A stretch of DNA of 64,000 bases from Utricularia gibba. Taxonomy: Eukaryota > Plantae > Magnoliophyta. Below are positions 29,501-40,695 of the stretch, in pieces. The notes under the pieces are model-generated. The model searched no databases. It saw only the letters and a program-made list of their open reading frames with translations, and was not told the origin of the DNA. Numbering within the stretch: the stretch's first letter is position 1; each line of letters opens with the position of its first letter. Both the position numbers and the translations under genes were made by a program. The stretch lies in the NCBI GenBank assembly GCA_002189035.1, contig CM007992.1, positions 1,054,001 through 1,118,000 on the forward strand, given 5' to 3'.

Positions 29501-32500
29501 CTGCATGCATAAAGATTAGAAGATCAAGCAAAATCATTGAAGAAAAAACATTCAAAACTTGAAGAGAAAAATAGAAGTGCCAACATGCTGAATAACATAA
29601 AAAAAAAAGCTCCACACATCATTTGGGTCGTAAGGAGAAATGGCTTGTAACAAATTAAAAGTGTTGTCTCAATACAGAATATCGAATTGCTTAACAATAT
29701 TGTCCTACAAAGTGAACAGAAGCCAAAAAAAAAGGCCAATTTGTTCCAAAAGCTATAGCCTACCATGAAATATTTACACAAGTGAATCACTACCTATACT
29801 CAGGTGCTGAAGTTTGATTTGATCGATGGGTTCTTCCAAACTGTTGAATTGCTCGTTCTGCACTCCAAGGTAATTCCAGAGTTATGTGAACTCTTCTTTT
29901 CTGTTAAAGAACAGCAATGAAATTAAAATTGTTAGAACTCCATACAAAGAGATGAAACAAGTGGTATATATGTATATCTACCTGATTGAGTGCCCGTCTG
30001 TCAGCCTGCAATGAAACCCCAGCAGATCCAGCCTCAGAAATTATAGCTACAAGCTTTTTGCCATCCATGAATAGCTGTTTTTCATGCATGTTAACCATTT
30101 CCATGTTCACATCCTTCCTAATTCATCCACAGCAACTGACACTTAGCCACAAGAATTCCAAAGAGGGGCTTTATAATAGAAACTCACGTGTTCCGTGTCT
30201 GATACAAGACACCCTTTCCCTCAGATGCTCTGACAAGCATCCCTCGCCTGCCTGTTATTTCTGCTACCTTACTGGGGCCCCCAAGCTAGACCCGACATGG
30301 AAATCCAGACTATGTCACTGATCATAACAAAGGAAATTTTTGTATAGATGATGGTTTACCTGATCAATTATATCATCCAAAGGGTTGCTGGGAAGATCCA
30401 AAGACCTTATAATTTCTAAAACCTTCAGTTTACGTTCCAGTGCTCCATCATATCTAATCACCATTTGAAGTCCATAATTAGCTAACAACATTGCCACACC
30501 CACGTGTATGTTACAGAAAAAGTTTCCACAGGTTTCACCTTCCTCGTAATTCTTTATAGTAGGCTTCTTTAGCTCGGAGATAATCCTCTGTTTTTTCCTT
30601 GCATGAATGACAAGACCAGTCCCCATAAACTACTTCTACAATTGGTGGGTCCAGACATGCAGGGTGAGCATGCTGGTTGCAACACGAACACTGAAGTAAT
30701 TTCTTTTTATCCTACCCACATGCACCACAGACCATCAGTACGTGTAGGTATGGAAATGGAGTGCATAAAAATAATAAAAACACTCAAACTGGTACTCTAA
30801 TCCTTGAAAAAAAGGGAGAGCAAAAAAAGATACCTCGTCCGAGCGGCAGACATGACATATCTGGAAATCATCATCAGATTCAGAATCAGGGTCAGTGTCA
30901 GCTGCATTCACAGTAGAGAGTGTGAGAATCTGGGCCAGAAAGAAAAGAAGACAGAAAAAACACGCTGCAAACATGAAAGTTCATGCATGCAAAGAGAAAA
31001 ACAGAAGGCCGGCTATACATCAAACGATGGAAAGAAGCTTATGCAGAAGATGAAGACCAAGATGGCATATAACTAGGGAAGATGAAGAGATGGGACATAG
31101 GTGTACAAAAACGCTTCAATGCTGCATTGAAATAATGCAAGATAAAAATGATTGTTTCATATGTGATTTTATAACAAAGAACTTAGCAGATTACTTTCTG
31201 ATTTCCAATCACTTTCATCTTCACTGCCAGCATCTAATTTAGCAATTTTTTGGGTTCTCCCCTTAAACGAAATATCAGCTGCTACAGCATGCCTCTTTCT
31301 CTTAATCTCTTCTGGAGTTTCTGCATAGCAAAGTGAGTCAACACTCAAGAATCATATGATATAAGAAAAATAGCCTTTACAAATAATATAGTACCAGACT
31401 CAGGCTCTGGCATAGGTGGAAGGGGATAATTTTCATCCACAAATTTGAGCAATACTTCACGAGGCCCAGATATAAAATCATCAAGTTCCAGTCCCTATAT
31501 CAAGCAAGTTTTAGAGATATTTTAAAAATCAAAATTTCTTAGCATGGATAACGGAAGAGCTTGATGAGCTAAATCTCAACATAGGATACTTGGCATGCAG
31601 GAAAAAAAAAACACTTAAAAAAGTAAAATGATCTAACATATTTTGATACTGCTTCTTCTGTCCGGGCTTCTCCAGTACTCTGTAAGCCTATGACAACACA
31701 CTTATCTTCTGACAATGCTTGCTTGGCAATTTTAACCACTGCAGGCACCTTTGCAGCCATGCACATGTGCCGAAAGAACCGCTAAAAAAAAAATAGAATT
31801 AGTGAAAGAAGGAGAGGCTGACAACGGGTAGAATGAGGAACAGAGTTAGAACCAAATGCTCAACAAACGACCAACCTGGTGGCTCGACCAGTAGAGTCTC
31901 CACAACTGACTCAAACTAGGCTTTTCGCTGTCTAAAAGTGTGCTTGCAGATAGAAATTCAACTCTTAACTCCACCCAAAATGCAGCTGACTTTTCATACA
32001 TATCCTGACAAAGATAATACAACAAGTGTGACAAAAATCACTTTAGAACAATCATAGGTACTTATAGTCCAACTATCTAATGACTTCAAACCAGAGATCA
32101 TTCAGAAATTCTTTTATATTTAAGCCAGCAGCTAGCATTCACGCTACAGCCCATTGCTGTCAAAATGATACTGTATATTTATTCACAATTAAAAAAATAA
32201 AAGAGCAAGAGGACTAAGATAGGAATGGGGCTTGAAGATATCGAACGATAATGGATAACGACAGGTATAAAATATATCTATACCACTGGTTCACAATTGC
32301 AACAAGAGAAAAAAAAAAGATCACACAGCCTAACGAAGTTCACCTTTTCTATGCAGATAAGAAAACTGAAAGGTGCCCAGTATAGATAAATCTAAAAAAC
32401 TTAAAGGTAAAAGGTCACAAGCAATACCCTCATATCATCTTCCAGGGGAACTTCAACCACTTCAAATTCTGAACCTCTGTAGCTAAGAGTCCGGCAGACA

Positions 32501-35500
32501 TACATCCCCTACAAATGAATAGTAGAAGTTTAACATGATTCTGGAAAGAAATTTTTTAAAAAAATGCCCTCTGATATTCTAACATATGAATGACCTTGAT
32601 TTCATATCCATAGCTACAAGTTCAAGAGCTCCAACACCACCTTTCTCTATGGAAACTGAAAAAACGAAAAACAAGGAATGCGTGATAAAACAAGAAGCCT
32701 GCATACCACAGGAAATCACTAGGTATAATGACTGGAATACCAAACTGTTCAGAATGGATCGATCTACAGTCAAATTTCTGGAAGATAAACATTGCTATCA
32801 GCCTAAGGAAGTGATGCCAGTGATAACTAGGTATCAAGAGAGATAACTTCATTTTTCTATATCCAACACTTACAGGAAGACCTTGCATTGATCCATCCCC
32901 ACCATCTTAGTATTGAACAAATATAGCTTAGCATTGAATAAACTCCAACCAAATGGATAAATGACAGCTAATTCTGTACCTAAAAATTCACGAAAGTCTG
33001 CAAAAGACGTTCCAGCACCCCAAAGACCAAGACGGGCCATATATCCCATATTACGTGGTTCGGAAGCACCAGTTGCTGAGCAATAAAGAACACGAGCTTC
33101 AGGAAGCTTGGCCTACATTGTAAGATTTTTAACCAGGGGTAATCATTATCCAATAAACAATGTACACATATGTGCTGATTTGCACAGCACTTCATCAAGC
33201 ATACGATAGAAGAAACAAAAGCTATACCTGAATTTCAAGAACAGCTTCACCAGTCTTTGTTGGTTGAGATCCAGCTTCAGGTACCAGATTTTTGGCTTTG
33301 TGACACTAAAACACGTCAGTTAGACATCTTGCACTTTCGCATGAAATCCAAAGCAGCCACACGAATGTCAATTCTAGCTAACAAAAGTTACAGAGCCATC
33401 TGCATTTCTTCATACCTCATCAAACACAATGAGTCCATCAAATTGTCCACACCACTGAACAAGTTGTTGCAATCGAGAACGACCTTTTTCAGATGAGGCA
33501 ATGAGACTACTGTATGTCAAAAACACAACACCTTCCCTTATGCCAACGGATTTTGAATCGAGCTTAGAGTAGGGAAGCTTGTTCAGTGCATGCACTACAA
33601 TAGAAAAATGTGCTGTAGTAAGCGTAAACTGCAGCACTCACACAAGATCAAAAACATAGCAGAAGGGTATGCTTGTTCTATGTTCTTTTCATATTAAATA
33701 AAGGTAGTAATTTAATGGTGGATTCACTTCCCTCAGTCAGTCTCATTGGTCATTGCTCAACAATATGGACAAGCCAAAATGCAAGATACATGCACTAAAA
33801 GGCTATCAAAAATTGAAAACCAAAGAATAAAATTGGTGAAGCCTTATATGGTTTATAATTTGGAATAAGAATATACAAGTTGTAAAAAAAAAAAATCATC
33901 CTAATGATTGAGTTTGATTCTTCCATCAAAATCGAAACGAGTCAAATAAAAGCTGTCACAATGAATGAACAGATTCCTAACAAAAAAAACAATATACCTT
34001 CTACACAAGATGCTCCCACATCATCCAAGTCCCTTCTAGCATCATATTTCAAGTCTGAACCAACAGAAATCCACCTGTACACTATCACTAAATTAGTATG
34101 AGATCATCGAAAAGAGAAATGGACACGTATGTTCAATGCAAGGAATAATAGAAAAGGCATGAATTAACATTTAGGACCACTGCAAGAAGTATATGAACAA
34201 AAAAAGCATGAGACGGATGAATCTCACCCAACACTTACAAGGCTTTTCTTCTTCCATGCTGCCAATTTTCCCAAATCAAACCAGCTATTGTCCTTCCTTT
34301 ACCCATACCAGCACCATCACCAAGAAAAAAACCCGCTCTAGCACCATTTCCCAAGTGCTGAAGATGTCTCTGTTTTGACAAAACTGATCAGAATGATGAA
34401 ATCGAAAGGACACAAATGTCAAGCAAAATCTACAGCAACCTGACAAGCATAGACTAATGTTTCAATCTGTAAGCATGAAAGTGCCTTCGAACTCTCCAGT
34501 TCGTCCTGAATCTTGAGAACATATGTAGGCTCAGGTGGCTGTGCTGCGGATAAAGAAGAAGTCTCCACAACTGCATCTGGATGGGATGGGCCAATGGACA
34601 ATTTAGAAGGCCTCTGAAAAATGAAGAAGAATTAATTGGAAGCACCACACAAAAAAGCAGCCATAAGCGATAAAGATTTGGACAAAAAACATACATAATC
34701 TGTAAATGTGTCTGTAGTCAAGACACCTTCATCTTCTTCCTTCTCTACTTCAATTGCAGCCTGAAATAAACAAAGGGAAGAGCATATCAAACTGCACTTG
34801 CAATGAATACAAATCAAGTGATAGACACTGAAGAAAACCTAGCTATTACAACCAGGACAGGCTTAATTTTTCTTATTTTACGCTCATCAAACTGATGACC
34901 CTCATTCTGGATCGAAATATCTGGCACTTGGTTGTCAATTTTTAGCAATGTCAATAGAACTTTTGGAAGTTACTACAATTACTGTAACATTAAAAACAAA
35001 TATATAAATAGACTTTTGCATATGCCCAAGGGATCACTCTAGTGAAAACCTTTTTTTGTTGCATCTGTAGCCACAGTTGTCTTTTAGATAGGGTATAATC
35101 AATACCTCACACCATGCTAGTGCATTTCTGTCTACTATGGCTGTGTTGCAATACCGAATCACCATACTACAGCACATGAATTATTTTACGAGGTTGAGAA
35201 TTACCTATAGGTTTCATAAATGAATTTGGCAGCCATTTAATGGAATATCAAAAAACTTTAATGGATGCATGCAGATTAAGAAAAATAATCTATAGCTGGA
35301 ACTAATTTACTCAAATTTGATATCTTCAAACGCATGATATCAAAACAACCTAAAACCCCCATTACCAGAAAATCTAGAGCGCTATCAAGAATACCCTGGT
35401 ATAAATGTTGTCTTCCCGTTTAGTTATGCTCTGACACGCTGCTATCCACAATAAAAGAGGAGACCACAAGAATGAACAGACAGAGAATCTACCTCATTAA

Positions 35501-35912
35501 CTTCTTCTGGAGGCAAAATATGGCCAATTTTAGACGGATCAACGGCCAGGCTAACTGAGCACTGGGGGCAGCTAAACCGAGACAAACCGTGAGGCACATT
35601 CAATAAGGCCTTACAATTGGCACAAGGAAGCTGAATCTTGGTAGGATCAATGCCGTGAGCTAGGGCATTTCTATGTTGCTGCCCCTGAGACTGCAACTGA
35701 ATCGATTTCATCAATTCAGGAGGGAGCATTTGGGGCAACTGGCAGGATGGGCATACAAACTCCGTCAAACCAGACAACACCGTGAGCACCATTTTACAAC
35801 GGGCGCAGCGCACCTGGCAGCCTCCATTAACGAAAGGTCCCTGCGGCGGAAGAGGCGACACCGCCGGCGGAGGAGCGATCGAAGGCGGCGGCAACGACGA
35901 CGGCTGCCCCAT
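26568..35912 (-). CDS. FGT1: Protein FORGETTER1 / Strawberry notch homolog (~30 exons)
   Basis: N-terminal CxxC...CPxC ribbons, [35 protein letters not shown]|[25 protein letters not shown] finger (CHVC...[12 protein letters not shown]...CHSC), [74 protein letters not shown]. The last exon gives [15 protein letters not shown] (TAA = TTA at 26568-26570). Exon phases were checked and are consistent. Confidence 0.95.
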
Positions 35913-36924
35913 CTTAAGAAGCAGCTACGGCGATCTCCGATCAAGAGATCGAGGAATCCGTCGGAAACTTAGGGGCGCCAAAAAGGGAGACGAAGAGATT
36001 CGAGTTTGGCGCTCTTACGTTTTCACAGCGCTGCACAGGTGCTCCGCAATTTGCATGTCCGAGGAGCCACTGGGACCGCCGCCCTTCATTTACTTTTACC
36101 TCTCATTTGTAATAAATAATAATTTCTTTTTGTACCGCACTGTCATTTTTTTTTAACTGGAGTTGGACACTTCAACCTACTTTTAGCCTTCCAAATGCCC
36201 ATTTAAATTTACTATTATTCAGATTTATAAAAATATGAAAATTTGAGTAGATGATTTTTACCTTTTAAACACATTTTTAAATTTTTAAAATTATTTTTAT
36301 CCATTTTAAATTGAGGTTCAATATCAATCATGACAATTGCTTCTTGGTGGTATAAATATTCTTCTTTTATTTACATATTTCTATTAAAATATTTATTATT
36401 AAATTTATACAAACTATGATGCCTGGTTGAATTCTTGCCAATCATGCATTTTTTTATAGAGTATTTCACAATAAAAATATTCTCGAAAAGCAAAAACAAT
36501 ATTAAAATATATCAATAATTTCAATATAACATACCCAATACCCATATAACTTATTTATTGCAAAACCCTAATTTATCAATCAAACAGATTATTGCTCTCA
36601 ATCCACCAAAACAAACCCTAATTAAGATAATTAATTCTGGTACTTGTTTTTCATAATGACTACAAGAATCAGGAAAGCGCTTTCCCACTCCTAAGGGAAG
36701 ATAAGGGGCAAAAGTTCCAGTAAAGCCTCAGGAGGAAGACGACTGGAAGAGAAAATGGTAGGGATCACTTCAATATGTGAGTTCTAAGTATGAAAACCAG
36801 AAGCAACACTGTGATGGGCACACACTTTTCAAGGATTACAGACTCCTTCGTACGTTGAAATGAGCAACAGAGTCTGGATCAAGAGATCAAAAGCTACTCC
36901 ACCAAGAGGAAGCCATTTGGCAGG

Positions 36925-37569
36925 TCATTTCTGATCCTTGGTGATTCCATCACCAACTGGCTGAATTCTCTGATATGGCTTCCTGGTAAGTGTCTCTCCC
37001 TTTAAAGCAGCGACATACCTGTCATTTGTATCCTCCTTCCTCTTCAGTTCACCAAGATATTCCGCCAGCCGCTCTTTGTTGACCTTGCCCATCATCTAAT
37101 CATCACATGAAAACTCAGAAAAAAATTACAGCAAAATGCCAAACAGTGACAGAAAATTGGATTTTGAGCTCTGCGCTCTCATATGGTAGCAGCCATTTAG
37201 ACTAGAGTTTCCAATCTTCTGCATTTTGAACACTATCGCATGATCCAGTCAATTTTTAGAGGCACAAAAATCCACAATTCCGACAAAAGACCGGCAAATA
37301 GCGACCAATAATTATTCGAATTCAAAGGAGAATTAGGAAAAGAACACAAGGGTTACGAGAGCAGGTACCAGGGTTTCGGGGCGGGCGGAACGCCGCAGTT
37401 TGGCTTCCAATTCGGGATCGCGAGAACTGGTGACCTGCATCACCCCATACCCTACGATCCCCGGGACCACGCCGCATACGGTGGCGAAGGCGAAGAAGAA
37501 GCCTCTAGATTCCCGCGTCTTGTTCACCAGCCACCGCCATGTTTGGCTCTTCTCCCAGAGCAACGACAT
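36925..37569 (-). CDS. Small conserved plant protein of unknown function, 123 aa, one predicted TM helix; 2 exons (37569-37369, 37095-36925)
   Basis: MSLLWEKSQTWRWLVNKTRESRGFFFAFATVCGVVPGIVGYGVMQVTSSRDPELEAKLRRSARPETL|MMGKVNKERLAEYLGELKRKEDTNDRYVAALKGETLTRKPYQRIQPVGDGITKDQK*. Phase-0 GT-AG intron; Site II motifs upstream at 37628, 37653 and 37675. Confidence 0.85.
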
Positions 37570-39219
37570 TCCCCTCTCCTACGCCCCTTCGCGATCCCCA
37601 GCGGCCTGTGAATCCAATTTCACAAACTGGGCTTTTCAGCCAGAGCAGTCTTTGGGCTTGATCTGCCATTTATCGGCCCAACACATTCCAGATCATGTTG
37701 ATAAATAATGTATAATAATAGTTTTTTTTTAATGAATAAATATCAAGGCTTTGCCTACATTGTTCCCAATTGAAGCAAGGGCTTTTGTTTTCTTTAGATT
37801 TATCCAAGGAAAGGCACGTGCGTTGTGCACGTGAAGGTGGGGGCGCACCAGAAGCTTCGCGCTCTTTAGCTCAGACAATCATCACCACCAACCGTGAAAG
37901 CAATAAAGTCACTGCGCAGACAGGATCCGATGAAGAGAACCCTCTGCCACGTCACCCGCCCCCAAATATTTCCAGTTTTTTATTTTATATTCTCTATATA
38001 TAATTAAATATTTCACTCTAAATACAATGCTGACGTGTTAATTAAATTCATCCCTCCTCCTAGAAAACCAGCATTTATTCTTAATAAATATTTTTTATTT
38101 AAAAAAAAAGTGGGGGAAGTGCAGAGGTTCAAACACCGCAAAAGGAATTCAAAGTTGGAAGCTTCTTGGGACGCTTTGCATGAGAGTGCGCGCTTAAAGG
38201 GACAACAGAGTTCATGTTCATGTGCACCCAAAGGCTGCCTTACCACCTCTCACTACATTTTTTAAAAAAATTTCTAAAATTTAGTATTTAATTTTTTTTT
38301 ACAAAATAATGTATTCTTGAAATTTTTCCTGTAATTTGGTCATTTTTCCTAGAATGCAATAATAAGGTGAAGCACTAAAATTGAAAGGGCCCAATGCTCT
38401 TGTTCTTGATTTTGAATTCTATGTAAGTAAGATGGAAATTGATGTAAAAACACAACAAAGTATTCTACGTTATAAAATTAAAATGAAATAGTCAAATATA
38501 TAAAAGATTACATATTAATACTAATCAATTGGTCGTAATATTTTTTAATATGATTTATGTTTATTATATAGTTATAGTTTATATGTATTCATTAAATTCA
38601 TTAAATTCATCAAATTCTTAATTTTACCAATGTTACTTGTTTGTTTAGCGACTAAGATAAAATAGTATATAACAATGGCCAAGCCACCTAGTTGTGACAC
38701 TCTGAAAAAAAAAACTCTTTTATAACGAATTGAATCGAATTTAATTAAAAATGAAATAAAAATAATTATATAAATTTAAAATTTTGTAAATTTCTGAATT
38801 TTTTTTATTAAAATTAGTGAATTGGATACGAAAAAAATTCTGAATTCGATTTCAACCCGGGATTTTAATACAGGATTGGTACTACCATAACCGACCAGTG
38901 CTGCAAAAGAGGATGGCTGTAACTAACTTGAGGATCACAATTAACTGTATGAAAAGCAACGGTCAAAAAGGGGAAAACCATCCACAAAGCTTCTCTGTAC
39001 TGCTTTGCTCATGCTTAACCCCAGTATTCATTTTCTGAAGCAGAAGAAGAAGAGGCATGGTTCAGCTACTCGTAGTTATTTCGAAACCTCAAAGCATACA
39101 GTGTCTGTTATATCCAACCAATACGTAAGCAATACTTGTCAAACTCGCAACGATGCTGCCACTATACTGGTTTAAGGGAGTGGTGCTTTCTTCGCCTCCG
39201 GTGGTAATCGCCGATGGTC

Positions 39220-40695
39220 TCATGCCATGAGTGGCTTCGAGTCGAAGATGTCTGTAACCGGGTCGAGCTCCCCACCGGATCTGTCCCCGGTGATTGGGCT
39301 GATGTGAGTGCGGGGGTGTTCGTCCATGGAGGATGTAGATGGAGCGGTTCTTAGCCCTTGGAGCCGCAGGTCATCAGCCCAGATAAAAGGGGCTTTTCCG
39401 ACAGAGCCTGAGTGGCTTTCGCTATACGGATTTGATCGCTTTTTGCGGGACAGAGTCTCGTGTCCGCCCAAGAAGGATTCGACGTTGGAGAGGTGGTGAT
39501 GGTGACCTGGGACCTGATCGAGTTGGTCTGAGGACAAGTAGATGTTGAGATCTTGAATGGTGGAGTAGTTGATGCCCGGATCCAGCTCTTTCAGGCCGTG
39601 AACATCGCGTCCGATGGCTGCCCGATTATAACCTCCCGGAGCCGCCGTGACGTTCTCTCCGGCAAGGGTTTGGCACGCTTTCTCGAGAATGGTTTGCATG
39701 TACTTACCTTGCGCCTCAATCCTCAACTGAAGATGCCTTTGCACCTTCCAATTACAAAACAATTAGATTACCAGTTCAAATACAGTATATTATAATTCAG
39801 TGTGGATTACCTCTAGCTGTTCATGGAGTCTTCTGTTAACTTCCATTTGCATCCTGATTGCATCACTGATATGCGCATTACTCCCACTGATCAGAGAAAC
39901 CATACACTCTAATTTACTTTCTATGTAACACAGTTTTGTACTTCAAATTGTATTTCAAAATTCCTGAACTGAAAAGCGTTTCCACAATACACCTGAAAAT
40001 CTCCTGATCTCTGACAAAGACTGTATTATATTCAACTTACCCGTTCAGGCCGTGTCCAAGCATCCCAGCCGATGCCATGTTATTTCGTTGAAGTTCTAAA
40101 GATGAGAAGAAGGGAAAGAAATTACTCATGACCGGTCAGATTCAAAAAAATCAGCAAACTTCTGCGATTCACAGACTTGTAATTCGTTCTGTGGCTCACC
40201 ATCTTTCATGGAGTGATCAGCGAAGTCCTTGTGAGGCTGCTTCCCCAATCTGAACTTCTGTATCCAAAATCAAAACCCTATATTTTTAGCATCAAGGAAT
40301 GATGAAATCGAGGGCTTTTGCCCAGTATCGGTTTGGGTTTAGCTCCAACCTGGAGATGGCTTTTGAGATGGTATAAGGTCAAGCCCTTAACGCCCATCAC
40401 TCTCATGATGGTTTTGGGCGTGGCTTCTGCAGAAACAACAACAAAGAACAACTGATAAACCTTCATCTTCTTGATTAGGGTATGTGTGTGCATGTGTGTG
40501 TTGTTTGTACGCACTGTCGGGGCCCCCCAGCTGCGTCACAGCCTCCACGAAGCGTTCGTGGAGCTCGACGGTCCATCGGAGCCGAGGCTTGGGGTCGGTG
40601 GTCAGAACGAGGCCGGAGTCGCCTTGGACACACATAGCGCGATCGTGAGAGTTAACCCCACTGGCGGATGGCTTCTTCTGGCTGCCCTGGAACAT
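39220..40695 (-). CDS. APL: MYB-CC (GARP) transcription factor ALTERED PHLOEM DEVELOPMENT-like, 6 exons
   Basis: MFQGSQKKPS...DRAMCVQGDSGLVLTTDPKPRLRWTVELHERFVEAVTQLGGPD|KATPKTIMRVMGVKGLTLYHLKSHLQ|KFRLGKQPHK; coiled coil MQMEVNRRLHEQLE|VQRHLQLRIEAQGKYMQTILEKACQTLAGEN. The N-terminal MCVQGDSGLVLTTDPKPR is diagnostic of the APL clade. Confidence 0.92.

Noticed and set aside
30500-30600. Suspected frameshift in the FGT1 exon after the PHD finger (the ORF track shows [11 protein letters not shown])
   Set aside because: The correct frame reads [13 protein letters not shown]|RYDGALERK with a consistent splice phase; there is no frameshift.
36560-36625. Two AAACCCTAA telo-boxes
   Set aside because: Only isolated single units, 650-700 bp upstream of FGT1. 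They are not an interstitial telomeric array, and the position is atypical for a functional telo-box.
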